Shown: positions 51,958-61,473, numbered from the whole stretch's first letter. The stretch: 63,894 bases of DNA, filler included, from 9 parts of 9 records of this genome joined end to end with filler, not necessarily neighbours in it, one strand, 5' to 3'. The notes: generated from the sequence alone by a model not told the origin. A program made the numbers and translations.

Positions 51958-51992
51958 AAAACGGCCCCGGAAGATTTCTCCGCCGGGGCCGT
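51958..51992 (-). terminator. Intercistronic hairpin/terminator after potF
   Basis: ACGGCCCCGG...CCGGGGCCGT 10-bp stem with a short U-run on the minus strand. Confidence 0.65.
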
Positions 51993-51996
51993 CTGA

Positions 51997-53097
51997 TTAC
52001 TTGCCTGTTCGGATTGTTGTCCAGGCCCGTGTTTGCAATCGATTGAAGGCCGCATCCTTGGTCGGCACAGCAAAGAGTTTTGCCATGACTTCATCCGAAG
52101 GATAAATAGCGGGATTGTCCTTCACTTCCGCATCCATGAATTCCTTGGATGCAGGCACCGGATTTGCGTAAGCCACATAGTTAGAGTTTGCGGCTTCGAT
52201 TTCGGGCTGAAGCGTGAAGTTGATCCATGCGAGAGCTGCTTCGGGATGCGGCGCATCTTTGGGGATGGCCATATTGTCGAACCAGATCATCGTGCCTTCT
52301 TTCGGGATCACGTAAGAAACGTTGATGCCGTTGCTGGCTTCTTCCGCACGCGCGGCTGCCTGGAAGACGTCACCCGACCAGCCGATAGACACGCAGACAT
52401 CGCCATTAGCGAGGTCATTGATGTACTGCGACGAGTTGAAGTATTTGATGTAGGGGCGGATCGACATCATCAGCTCTTGCGCCTTTTCCAGATCTTCCGG
52501 CTTGGAGGACTGGGGATCAAGACCGAGATAATTGAGCACGATCGGCATGATATCAGTTGGGCTGTCGAGAATGGTAATACCGCAGTCTTTCAGCTTTGCG
52601 GCATTTTCCGGTTTAAAGACCAAATCGTAGGAATCGACCGGAGCATTCGGGATACGTTTGGCGACTGCATCGACGTTGTAGCCGATACCGGTGGTTCCCC
52701 ACATCCAGATGACCGCATACTTATTGTCAGGGTCAGCGGCAGCCATACGCTTCATCAGATCAGGATCAAGGTTTTTGTAATTAGGAACCTTGCTGCGATC
52801 GATTTCCTGATAGACGCCAGCTTTGATCTGACGATCAAGAAACGGGAATGCTGTCGGGACAACAAGGTCATACCCCGATGAACCGGCCATGAGCTTTGCT
52901 TCAAGCGTTTCATTGCCGTCATAGACATCGTAATTGACCTTGATGCCTGTCTGTTCTTCGAACTTTGCCACCGTGTCTTCGGCGATGTAGTCCGACCAGT
53001 TATAAATGTTGAGGACTTTGTCTTCCGCATGCGCCGCCACGGAGAACACTCCGGCAAAGGCCAATGCTGCAAGACCGGTCCCAAATTTCCAGTTCAT
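51997..53097 (-). CDS. potF: Putrescine-binding periplasmic protein PotF
   Basis: Signal peptide, YNWSDYI, WGTTGIGYN, SSQYINDLANG and IPKEG motifs. Confidence 0.92.
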   Translation of the reverse strand: MNWKFGTGLAALAFAGVFSVAAHAEDKVLNIYNWSDYIAEDTVAKFEEQTGIKVNYDVYDGNETLEAKLMAGSSGYDLVVPTAFPFLDRQIKAGVYQEIDRSKVPNYKNLDPDLMKRMAAADPDNKYAVIWMWGTTGIGYNVDAVAKRIPNAPVDSYDLVFKPENAAKLKDCGITILDSPTDIMPIVLNYLGLDPQSSKPEDLEKAQELMMSIRPYIKYFNSSQYINDLANGDVCVSIGWSGDVFQAAARAEEASNGINVSYVIPKEGTMIWFDNMAIPKDAPHPEAALAWINFTLQPEIEAANSNYVAYANPVPASKEFMDAEVKDNPAIYPSDEVMAKLFAVPTKDAAFNRLQTRAWTTIRTGK

Positions 53098-53434
53098 AAA
53101 GAAGCTCCGTTCTGATTTCGTTTGCTTCGGGTGGGCAGAAATCTGCCACAAAAAGGTAGAAGCGGTTGATCGCTATTCAACGCGAGGGGATAGATAGAAA
53201 ACACCAGCACCGGCCCCTTACGCTCGCAACATGTTAAACCTATAAACGCACGGTTTAACACAGTAAATTCGCGCTCAAGGCGCGTCAAAGCTAAGAAAGT
53301 TGCATTGCAACAATAAAAAAGAATCGTTTGTAAAGTCGCCGTTTCGGCGATCTTCCGCCCACGTCCCCTTGAACTGAACACGCTGCGCCTTCGCATTGCA
53401 CAAATTTCAGGCTGATTGCCCGCTGCTCATGCGT

Positions 53435-54493
53435 CTAGTGACCATTTGCGCGCCGCAATTGCGGCATGTGCTCTACTCTACTGGAGGGAAATGTTAGCAC
53501 GACGATTGTGCCATCCCCCGGCACACTATCGATCGAAAGTAAGCCGCCTTGCAGTTCCATCATCGCTTTCACCAACGGCAAGCCGAGCCCAGAACCCTGT
53601 TCTGTCGATATCTGATTGGCGATCTGGCCGAATGGAGCAAGAGCCAGCGGCAGGTCTGCCTCAGAAATTCCGATACCCGTATCATGAACCAGTAAATCCA
53701 AGGTCCCGTCCGGACGCGGTTCGGCATAGAGCCGAACGAACCCGCCCGCTTCAGTGAACTTCAAGGCGTTGGAAACAATGTTCAAAACAATCTGGCGCAA
53801 CATGCGTTCGCTGATTTTCAGCACAGCTTCGGCAGGTTGTCCAAAAAAACCGAGGCTGACATTACGTCGGTCCGCAAGCGGCTGAAGGATATGTACACAT
53901 TCGCCAATCACTTCATCCAGATCGGCCTCATGACCTTCATCCAAAGCAATCGCCCCGGCCTCGATTTTCGCCAATTGAAGTATATCCGTGATGAGATCTA
54001 GCAAATGCTGACCACTTAGCTGGATATCATTGCTATAGCCGAGATATCTGGAATCGCCGAGCGGGCCATGTGGTTGCTTTTGCAAGACTTGGGAGAAGCC
54101 AATAATCGAGTTTAGTGGCGTACGGAGTTCATGACTGAGATTGGCCAGGAACTGCGATTTGAACCGGTTAGCCAGAACAGCATCGTCGCGCGCCGTCACA
54201 ACTTCCCCCATCATTGCCTTGAGCATGGAGCGGGACTCTCGTAAATCGCGCACCAACTTTTGAGCCATGACTACGAGCGGAACAGCCACACAAAGCGTCG
54301 TTATGCCCGCTGCTAAGAGAACTTCTAATCCCACATGGCCCAGAATGATCCGGTAGATGAGGTAGGTAACGATCAGAGAAAAAGCAATGATGATGCCAAC
54401 CGCCACGGACGCTGCGACAGGTTTTGAAAGGCGACTGAGGAATTCGGCAAGTCCGAACAATACGCGATGCATACGATCACCATATTCAGGCAA
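53435..54493 (-). CDS. Membrane-anchored sensor histidine kinase (PleC/DivJ-like core)
   Basis: Two TM segments, FLANLSHELRTPLNSIIGFS H-box, SNALKFT, DTGIGI and GSGLGL. Confidence 0.9.
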   Translation of the reverse strand: MPEYGDRMHRVLFGLAEFLSRLSKPVAASVAVGIIIAFSLIVTYLIYRIILGHVGLEVLLAAGITTLCVAVPLVVMAQKLVRDLRESRSMLKAMMGEVVTARDDAVLANRFKSQFLANLSHELRTPLNSIIGFSQVLQKQPHGPLGDSRYLGYSNDIQLSGQHLLDLITDILQLAKIEAGAIALDEGHEADLDEVIGECVHILQPLADRRNVSLGFFGQPAEAVLKISERMLRQIVLNIVSNALKFTEAGGFVRLYAEPRPDGTLDLLVHDTGIGISEADLPLALAPFGQIANQISTEQGSGLGLPLVKAMMELQGGLLSIDSVPGDGTIVVLTFPSSRVEHMPQLRRANGH

Positions 54494-54651
54494 ATGAAAA
54501 ACAGCCCAACTTTGCCCGGCTCAAGTGAAGGACAACAGCAAAGGTGCTGCAAGTGCATTCTGCTCCATTCCCGATTAGATACATCTTGCGGTCTTGTTTT
54601 TAAGAACCGTTCGCAATAAGGTGTGCAGAACTCTTAGCGGGGAGAATTAAA

Positions 54652-55269
54652 TTGAGCCAACAACTGGACGACGAAGCGGGATTGCGAGCTGTTTATCGTG
54701 AGCCTTCCGAGGGGGCGACACTGAAAATGTTGTCGACCATCGACAAACATAGTCAGCGCTTTATCGAGCTATCGCCCTTCTTCTGTATCGGCACCAGCCG
54801 TCCGGACGGGCTTGCGGATGTATCTCCGCGGGGCGGCGAACCGGGATTTGTGCATGTGTTGGATGACACACATCTCGCCTTTCCTGACCGACCGGGTAAC
54901 AACCGTCTGGATACGCTTACAAATGTGGTTCACTCCCCATCCGTTGGCTTGCTCTTCTTTTTGCCGGGTTTTGAGGAAATGCTTAGAATCAATGGCATTG
55001 CCAAGATCGTGACATCCGAGGATTTGATGACACGCTTTATCGTGGACGGAAAACCGCCGCGCAGTGTCATGGTAGTCGAAGTTCGCGAAGTTTATTTCCA
55101 CTGCACAAAAGCTCTGCGGCGTTCGCAGCTCTGGAATCCGGACAAGCACGTTTCGCGCGATGTTCTGCCGAGTTTCGGACAGATCATGCGCGACCAGATC
55201 AAGTCCTTGATTCCGGCCAAAATCATCGACATGGCTTTGAAGAAGGACGCCAAGGACAATCTCTATTAG
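54652..55269 (+). CDS. Pyridoxamine 5'-phosphate oxidase-like FMN-binding protein
   Basis: DVSPRGG.PGFV, PDRPGNNRLD, LRING and YFHCTKALRRSQLW motifs. Confidence 0.88.
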   Translation: MSQQLDDEAGLRAVYREPSEGATLKMLSTIDKHSQRFIELSPFFCIGTSRPDGLADVSPRGGEPGFVHVLDDTHLAFPDRPGNNRLDTLTNVVHSPSVGLLFFLPGFEEMLRINGIAKIVTSEDLMTRFIVDGKPPRSVMVVEVREVYFHCTKALRRSQLWNPDKHVSRDVLPSFGQIMRDQIKSLIPAKIIDMALKKDAKDNLY

Positions 55270-55452
55270 CAGCGTCAGACAGGTCCCGATTAGCCCTATA
55301 AAAACAAGGGTCTAATGGCTCCCCTCGAGGCAAAAACTGTGATATTTGTATCCTTGCTTCCGCGCAGATAAAAACACCGGGAAATTGTGCGCATCGCTCT
55401 CTATATAAAAGAGCGATAAATGCCTCGCTTCCCCGGTCGAAAGGAAAATCCA

Positions 55453-55608
55453 GTGCCTCCCTATCGCTCACGCACAACGACTCATGGCCGCAACATGGCC
55501 GGTGCCCGTGGCCTCTGGCGTGCCACAGGCATGAAAGACTCGGATTTTGGCAAGCCGATCATTGCTATCTCCAATTCCTTCACCCAGTTCGTGCCGGGCC
55601 ATGTGCAT
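55453..55608 (+). CDS. ilvD: Dihydroxy-acid dehydratase, N-terminal fragment
   Basis: [24 protein letters not shown]...[10 protein letters not shown]. Confidence 0.95.
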
Positions 55609-55708
55609 NNNNNNNNNNNNNNNNNNNNNNNNNNNNNNNNNNNNNNNNNNNNTTAATTAATTAANNNNNNNNNNNNNNNNNNNNNNNNNNNNNNNNNNNN
55701 NNNNNNNN
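55609..55708. other. Artificial contig spacer
   Basis: N44-TTAATTAATTAA-N44. Confidence 0.99.
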
Positions 55709-55871
55709 CGGCGGTCTTGCCGGTGCCGGTCTGGGCGAGGCCCATCACGTCGCGGCCTTCGAGCACCAGCGGAATGGCCTTCGCCTGGATCGGCGTCGGG
55801 GTTTCGTAACCTTCGGCGGTGACACGGGCTACGAGCTGGGCGGAAAGTCCAAGTGTATTAAAATCAGTCAA
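55709..55871 (-). CDS. DEAD-box RNA helicase, N-terminal fragment
   Basis: TTG start; Q motif GYETPTPIQ and Walker A AQTGTGKT. Confidence 0.92.
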
Positions 55872-56117
55872 TTCAAAAGCGCCTTTCAAGGCATGCCGAA
55901 AGCCCTCCGCGCATTGCGACCAAACGCAAATGCCGGTGGTTTCGGTTTCAAGCGCCCCGCGTGAAGTGGGAACTTATCGGTGGAAAATGCCTTCCGCGCG
56001 CCGACTGGGAGTGCCGGACTTAATCATGCGCTTGACCTGGACTTGACGCGACCCGTTTCGGGTCATCCGCGCCAGCGCACGCTCACGCGGCATGCGAACA
56101 GGTGGAAAGCTGGGCTC

Positions 56118-56146
56118 TAAATGATGCGCGGGCCTGCAAAAGTCAA
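56118..56146 (-). promoter_or_regulatory. Sigma70-like promoter of the DEAD-box helicase gene
   Basis: TTGACT-N17-CATTTA on the minus strand, implying a leader of about 240 nt. Confidence 0.5.
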
Positions 56147-56149
56147 GCA

Positions 56150-56848
56150 TTACCTCTCGGCGGGACGGAAACCGGCAAGCATTTCACGTTTTCCGGCAAA
56201 GCCCGTTCGCCGTTCGACGGTGAAGCCTGCCTTTTGAAGGTTGCGCCGCACGAAGCCGGCGGCGGTGTAGGTGCCGAACGTGCCGCCGGGGGCGGTATGG
56301 TCGAAAACGGCACCCATCAGCGGCTCGGACCACATGTCAGGATTGCGGGCGGGGGCGAAGCCGTCGAGATACCAGGCGTCGAAACGGTCAGGCAGGGCGG
56401 TCAGCGCCGTGAGCGCATCGCCGCAGATCACGGTCAGCCGGGTTTGCGGGTCGGATTCGATCGTGATCACGCCTGCGGGATGCGCGGGCCATTGTGCGGC
56501 AAGGACTTTCCGTTCGGCGGCGATTTCGGGCCAGTGCGACAATGCCCTGTCGATATCGGCCTTGGTCATCGGGAACAGTTCGAAGGATGTGAAGCCAAGA
56601 TGCCCGTCCGGGCGTCTGAGCGCTTTCCACTGGCGCAAGGTTTCGCAGAAATTCAGCCCCGTGCCGAAGCCGAGTTCGCCGATGCGGAAGGTGCCGCTTC
56701 TCTGCCAGCGTTCCCCGAGCCGGTTGGCATCGATGAACACGTGGCCGCATTCGGCCCGTCCATCCGCTTCTGAAAAGAAGTGGTCCTGAAACGCTTCCGA
56801 AAACGGCCGGTCGCCGTCGTGCCATATCAGAGCCTGTTTTTGTTGCAT
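56150..56848 (-). CDS. mnmD: tRNA mnm5s2U34 methyltransferase (stand-alone MnmD)
   Basis: GELGFGTGLNF, DAWYLDGFAPARNPDMW, TYTAAGFVRR and KREML motifs. Confidence 0.93.
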   Translation of the reverse strand: MQQKQALIWHDGDRPFSEAFQDHFFSEADGRAECGHVFIDANRLGERWQRSGTFRIGELGFGTGLNFCETLRQWKALRRPDGHLGFTSFELFPMTKADIDRALSHWPEIAAERKVLAAQWPAHPAGVITIESDPQTRLTVICGDALTALTALPDRFDAWYLDGFAPARNPDMWSEPLMGAVFDHTAPGGTFGTYTAAGFVRRNLQKAGFTVERRTGFAGKREMLAGFRPAER

Positions 56849-56877
56849 CCGCCCGCCATTTGTGGTCCATCGCCGGG

Positions 56878-58062
56878 ATGAATGACGCGCCCGGCCTCTC
56901 CCGTCAAATGCCATCTGCCGATCTTGCCGCCGATCTGGCTATTGTCGGCGGCGGCATTATGGGGCTGTGGGCGGCCTATCATGCCGAGAAAGCCGGGATC
57001 GACACTCTGCTGATCGACAGCGGCGCGCCGGCCACCAGCAACGGTCTGCTCGGTGCGCTGATGGCCTATATGCCGGATCAGTGGGACGAAAAGAAGCAGT
57101 TCCAGTTCGAGGCGCTTGCCGCGCTGGAGGGACATATCCGCACGCTCGAGGCCGAGACCGGGCTCTCAACCGGCTATCGCCGCGCGGGCCGGGTGATGCC
57201 GCTTTATGCCGAACGGCAGGTCGAGACCGCCCGGCTGCGCGCCGATGCCGCCGCCCTCAACTGGCGCAGCGGCGAGCGCGGTTTCGAGTGGCGGGTGGTC
57301 GAGCGACCACCGCTTGACGGCTGGCCTTCCGCCGACCCCGCAGCGCTCGCCTATGTTCATGAGACCTTTGCCGCCCATATCTTTCCGCGCGGCGTGGTCG
57401 CGGCGCTTCGGGCATTTCTTGAAAACGCCAGACATCTACGCCGGCTGACGGCCGCCGTCTCGGAGATCGACGCGACCGCCGGAATCCTGCGGCTGGCCGA
57501 TGGCGGAAAGGTCGGTTTCGGGCGCGTTATCGTCTCGTCCGGCGTCGGCGCCTTTGCGCTGCTTCAGCCGCTCTGGGCGCCGGCCGGCAAGCCGCTCGGC
57601 CGCCCGGTCAAGGGGCAGGCGGCGCTGTTTGCCGCTGACTGCGACCCGTCCTTGCCGATCGTCTTCGATGACGGGCTTTACGTGATCGCGCACGAGGGCG
57701 GGCGTGTCGCCGTCGGCTCGACCACGGAGGATGAATTCGACGATGGGGCGACAACCGACCACCGCCTCGACGCCCTGATCGCGGCCGCGCGCAAAACCGT
57801 GCCGGCTCTACGGGACGCGCCGGTCGTCGAGCGTTGGGCCGGCTTGCGCCCGCGCGGCGTTCACCGCGAGCCGATGATCGGTGCGATCGAGGCTTTTCCG
57901 GACGTCATCGCGCTTGGCGGCGGGTTCAAGACCAGTTTCGGCATCGCCCATCGGCTGGCGGACCACGCGGTGCGGCTTGCCGCCGGCATGGCGGTTGCGC
58001 CGCTGCCGGAAATATACGATCCCGGCATCTATCTGAGGCGGGCCGAAGGCCGGCAGAAATAG
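56878..58062 (+). CDS. FAD-dependent oxidoreductase, DAO/glycine oxidase family
   Basis: IVGGGIMG, PVKGQ, GSTTE, WAGLRP and GGFKTSFG motifs; start uncertain (56878 or 56908). Confidence 0.88.
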   Translation: MNDAPGLSRQMPSADLAADLAIVGGGIMGLWAAYHAEKAGIDTLLIDSGAPATSNGLLGALMAYMPDQWDEKKQFQFEALAALEGHIRTLEAETGLSTGYRRAGRVMPLYAERQVETARLRADAAALNWRSGERGFEWRVVERPPLDGWPSADPAALAYVHETFAAHIFPRGVVAALRAFLENARHLRRLTAAVSEIDATAGILRLADGGKVGFGRVIVSSGVGAFALLQPLWAPAGKPLGRPVKGQAALFAADCDPSLPIVFDDGLYVIAHEGGRVAVGSTTEDEFDDGATTDHRLDALIAAARKTVPALRDAPVVERWAGLRPRGVHREPMIGAIEAFPDVIALGGGFKTSFGIAHRLADHAVRLAAGMAVAPLPEIYDPGIYLRRAEGRQK

Positions 58063-58143
58063 CGCCCCGGCCGGCACGTCGTATCCCTGTCATCGGAGTA
58101 CGCTATCGGGGGAGTGAGAAACCGCTTCCCCATGTGATCCGCG

Positions 58144-58860
58144 ATGCCCGCCGAACGCTATGCCATCTGCTTTACGCCATCGCCGCATGACGGGCTTGCC
58201 ATCGTCGGGGCCAACTGGGTCGGGCGGAACGCGTTTTCGGGTTCTGCGGTCGAACCGCCGATGATCGTCGGCCTGCCGCTTGCAGAAATCGCCTATCATA
58301 CGGCGTTACCGCGCCGCTACGGCTTCCAGGGCATGCTGAAATCGCCGTTCCATCTGGCCGATGGCATGAGCGAGCAGATGCTGCTGAAGGCGATGATGCG
58401 CTTTGCCATGCGCTTTCACCCCTTCACCCTGCCGCCGCTCAGGGTCGTGCACCGCGGTAACATGCTGGTGCTTGCGCCAATGACGGCCGTGCCCGCGCTC
58501 GATACGCTTGCCGCCAGCATCGTCACCGAATTCGACAGCTTTCGCGCGCCGCTTTCCGAAGCCGAGATCGAGCGGCGGGCGTCGGGAGGCCTGACACCGG
58601 TGCAGTTTTCCAACCTGCACCGCTGGGGCGAGCCGGATGTGCTCACCGCCTTCTCCTTCCACATGCCGCTGACCGGTCCGCTTGCCGCAGCCGAGATGCC
58701 GCGCATGGAGCGCTCGCTGGAAGCGTTTTTCGGGCCGATCCTGCTGGAGCCGGTGGAGGTCGACCATATCGCGCTGTTCATAGAAGAGGAGCCCGGCGCG
58801 CCTTTCTGCGTTCATTCGCTGCATCCGATGGGCGCGGTGCGGGCGCGGCAGTCCGCATAG
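58144..58860 (+). CDS. DUF1045 family protein
   Basis: RYAICFTP, WVGR, PRRYGF...LKSPF, FDSFRAPL, L.RWG.P.V and FHMPLTG motifs. Confidence 0.85.
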   Translation: MPAERYAICFTPSPHDGLAIVGANWVGRNAFSGSAVEPPMIVGLPLAEIAYHTALPRRYGFQGMLKSPFHLADGMSEQMLLKAMMRFAMRFHPFTLPPLRVVHRGNMLVLAPMTAVPALDTLAASIVTEFDSFRAPLSEAEIERRASGGLTPVQFSNLHRWGEPDVLTAFSFHMPLTGPLAAAEMPRMERSLEAFFGPILLEPVEVDHIALFIEEEPGAPFCVHSLHPMGAVRARQSA

Positions 58861-58984
58861 GGCATTTCGTGCGATCGATCGGTGCCCCGAGGCTTTTCCC
58901 CTTGATTCGTGCCGGTTTTTTCGCCTTGCCTCTTCCGGCGATGCCAGCCGTCGTCTACCGTCGGCAAGGAATAGAGTCGAGGGC

Positions 58985-59923
58985 ATGATGAACGCTGAAA
59001 CGAGCGCATATCCGCGCGAACTTGTGGGCTATGGCCGCAATCCGCCGGACCCAAAATGGCCGGGCGATGCCAATATTGCCGTGCAGTTCGTGGTCAATTA
59101 CGAAGAAGGCGGCGAGAGCTGCATTCTCGATGGCGACCCCGCCTCCGAATGTCTGCTGTCGGAAATCGTCGGCGCCGAAGCCTGGCCGGGTCAGCGCAAT
59201 CTCAACATGGAATCGCTTTACGAATATGGCTCGCGCGCCGGTTTCTGGCGGCTGTGGCGGTTGTTCACGCGCATGGAAATACCGGTCACCGTCTTTGGGG
59301 TCACGCAGGCGATGGCACGCAATCCGGAGGCGGTCGCCGCCATGAAGGAGGCCGGCTGGGAAATCGCCAGCCACGGTCTCAGATGGCTCGAATACAAGGA
59401 TTTCGACATCGAGACCGAGCGCGCCCATATCCGCGAGGCGGTGCGGCTTCATACCGAAATCACCGGCGAGCGGCCTTACGGCCTCTATCAGGGCAAGCCC
59501 TCGGTCAATACGCTCGATCTCGTCATGGAGGAGGGCGGCTTCCTCTATTCATCCGACAGCTATGCAGACGATCTGCCCTATTGGGTGCGCGACCCCGAGG
59601 GCAAGCCCTTCCTGCGCATCCCCTATACGCTCGACAATAACGACATGCGCTTTGCGACCCCTCAAGGGTTCAATTCCGGCGAACAGTTCTTCACCTATCT
59701 GCGGGACGCCTTCGAGACGCTCTATGACGAGGGCCGCGATGGCGCGCCGAAAATGATGTCGATCGGGCTGCATTGCCGCCTCGTTGGCAAGCCGGGGCGG
59801 CTGGCGGGGCTGAAGCGCTTCCTCGATTACGTCCAGAACCACGACAAGGTCTGGATCGCGAAGCGGATCGAGATCGCGCGTCACTGGCATGCCAACCATC
59901 TGCCCAAGGAGGATTTGCGATGA
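58985..59923 (+). CDS. puuE: Allantoinase PuuE
   Basis: YPRELVGYG, NYEEGGE, YEYGSRAGFWR, PYTLDNNDMRF and MMSIGLHCRL motifs. Confidence 0.95.
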   Translation: MMNAETSAYPRELVGYGRNPPDPKWPGDANIAVQFVVNYEEGGESCILDGDPASECLLSEIVGAEAWPGQRNLNMESLYEYGSRAGFWRLWRLFTRMEIPVTVFGVTQAMARNPEAVAAMKEAGWEIASHGLRWLEYKDFDIETERAHIREAVRLHTEITGERPYGLYQGKPSVNTLDLVMEEGGFLYSSDSYADDLPYWVRDPEGKPFLRIPYTLDNNDMRFATPQGFNSGEQFFTYLRDAFETLYDEGRDGAPKMMSIGLHCRLVGKPGRLAGLKRFLDYVQNHDKVWIAKRIEIARHWHANHLPKEDLR

Positions 59924-60414
59924 TTGCCCGCGATGAATTCGTCAGCCGTTTCGGCGGCGTCTATGAGCATTCCCCTTTCATCGCGAAGCGGGCCTTCGAC
60001 CGGGGGCTGATCCGGGAGCCGTTGACGGCCACGGGCGTGGATCAGGCCCTTGTCACCGCGTTTCGCGATGCCGGCAAGGATGAACGGCTCGGCGTGCTGC
60101 GCGCCCATCCCGACCTTGCGGGCAAGCTCGCGATTTCCGGCGAACTGACGGAGGAGAGCCGGCGCGAGCAGGCCGGCGCCGGTCTCGACCGGCTTTCCCC
60201 GGAAGAACACGCGGAGTTTACGAAGCTCAATTCCGCCTATATAGACAAGTTCAAGTTTCCTTTCATTATTGCGGTCGCCGGACTCAATAAGGACGATATT
60301 CTCTCCGCCTTCAGGCAACGGATCGACAATTCCGCGGCCGTTGAGCTTGAAACAGCCTGTGCTGAGGTCGAGAAGATCGCCGGTCTCAGGCTGCGCCACA
60401 TGCTCGCGGAGTAA
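59920..60414 (+). CDS. uraD: OHCU decarboxylase
   Basis: GGVYEHSP, RAHPDLAG, EQAGAGL and FKFPFIIAV motifs; ATGA overlap with puuE. Confidence 0.93.
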   Translation: MIARDEFVSRFGGVYEHSPFIAKRAFDRGLIREPLTATGVDQALVTAFRDAGKDERLGVLRAHPDLAGKLAISGELTEESRREQAGAGLDRLSPEEHAEFTKLNSAYIDKFKFPFIIAVAGLNKDDILSAFRQRIDNSAAVELETACAEVEKIAGLRLRHMLAE

Positions 60415-60417
60415 TAT

Positions 60418-60622
60418 ATGTCAGACCAAGAGACGTCCGTCGCCCTGCCCGATTTCGCGGTCGGTGCGATCAACCTTGCTTCCGCCCGGCTCGGAGCGCG
60501 GGCGATCTTTGCCACGGACCAGTTCTTCGCGCCGCTCGCCCGGATGCTGAAGGACGACGCCGCGGTGTTCCTGCCCGGCGAATACGACGAGCACGGCAAG
60601 TGGATGGATGGCTGGGAAAGCC
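60418..60622 (+). CDS. alc: Allantoicase, N-terminal fragment
   Basis: [16 protein letters not shown] and GKWMDGWES motifs. Confidence 0.88.
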
Positions 60623-60722
60623 NNNNNNNNNNNNNNNNNNNNNNNNNNNNNNNNNNNNNNNNNNNNTTAATTAATTAANNNNNNNNNNNNNNNNNNNNNN
60701 NNNNNNNNNNNNNNNNNNNNNN
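60623..60722. other. Artificial contig spacer
   Basis: N44-TTAATTAATTAA-N44. Confidence 0.99.
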
Positions 60723-60723
60723 A

Positions 60724-61461
60724 TTAACGCCAGCGGGCAAGGCTTTGTTGGAGGAAGGGCGCAAGTTATTGGAAAGCACCGAAGCACTGACCAAACGCGT
60801 GAAAGCCGTGGCCAGTGGCTGGGAAGCCGAATTGCGAATTGTTCTGGATTCGGTGGTGCCGTTCGAGACGGCCATACCTTGGATACAGGCCTTTGATGCG
60901 CTGGAAAGCCCCACCCGCCTGCGCTTTTCCAGCGAGGTGTTGTCGGGCACCTGGGAAGCTTTGTATTCTGGCCGGGCTGACCTGCTGATAGGCAGCCGCC
61001 TGGACCAAAACCAGTTTGCCAGCGCCACTGGCCTTCACATTCAAAGTTTTGGTCAATCGCTGTTTGTATTCGCAGTGGCCCCAAACCACCCGCTGGCAGG
61101 TGCGGAAGAACCCGTGTGCATTGAAACCATTCGCCACTACCGCGCTGTGGCCGTGGGCGACACTTCCCGCAACTTCAAGCCGCTTACTTTTGGCCTGCAA
61201 AGCGGGCAAGCGGTGTTAACTGTGCCCAACTTGCAAGCCAAAGTGAAGGCACAACTGGCTGGTTTGGGTTGTGGGTGGTTGCCCTGGAATTTGATTGAAC
61301 AGGAAGTAGCCAACGGCGAGTTAATTGTGAAGAACACTGAAGATGCCACCCGCCAAGGCAGCCTGTGTTTTGCCTGGCAGCGAGGCAGCCAAGGCAAGGC
61401 ACTGGACTGGTGGACCCAACACCTGGCCACCGTGCAGTTAAACTTTCAGCCGCCGCAATAA
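60724..61461 (+). CDS. LysR regulator (YhaJ-like), 5'-truncated
   Basis: LTPAGKALLEEGR, GWEAELRI, EVLSGTWEAL and GLGCGWLP motifs. Confidence 0.88.
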   Translation, partial: LTPAGKALLEEGRKLLESTEALTKRVKAVASGWEAELRIVLDSVVPFETAIPWIQAFDALESPTRLRFSSEVLSGTWEALYSGRADLLIGSRLDQNQFASATGLHIQSFGQSLFVFAVAPNHPLAGAEEPVCIETIRHYRAVAVGDTSRNFKPLTFGLQSGQAVLTVPNLQAKVKAQLAGLGCGWLPWNLIEQEVANGELIVKNTEDATRQGSLCFAWQRGSQGKALDWWTQHLATVQLNFQPPQ

Positions 61462-61473
61462 ATATTACTCAGC

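Noticed and set aside
59773..59919. Extended uraD start or a puuE-uraD frameshifted fusion
   Set aside because: A clean RBS (AAGGAGG) and ATGA overlap at 59920 indicate two separate coupled genes.
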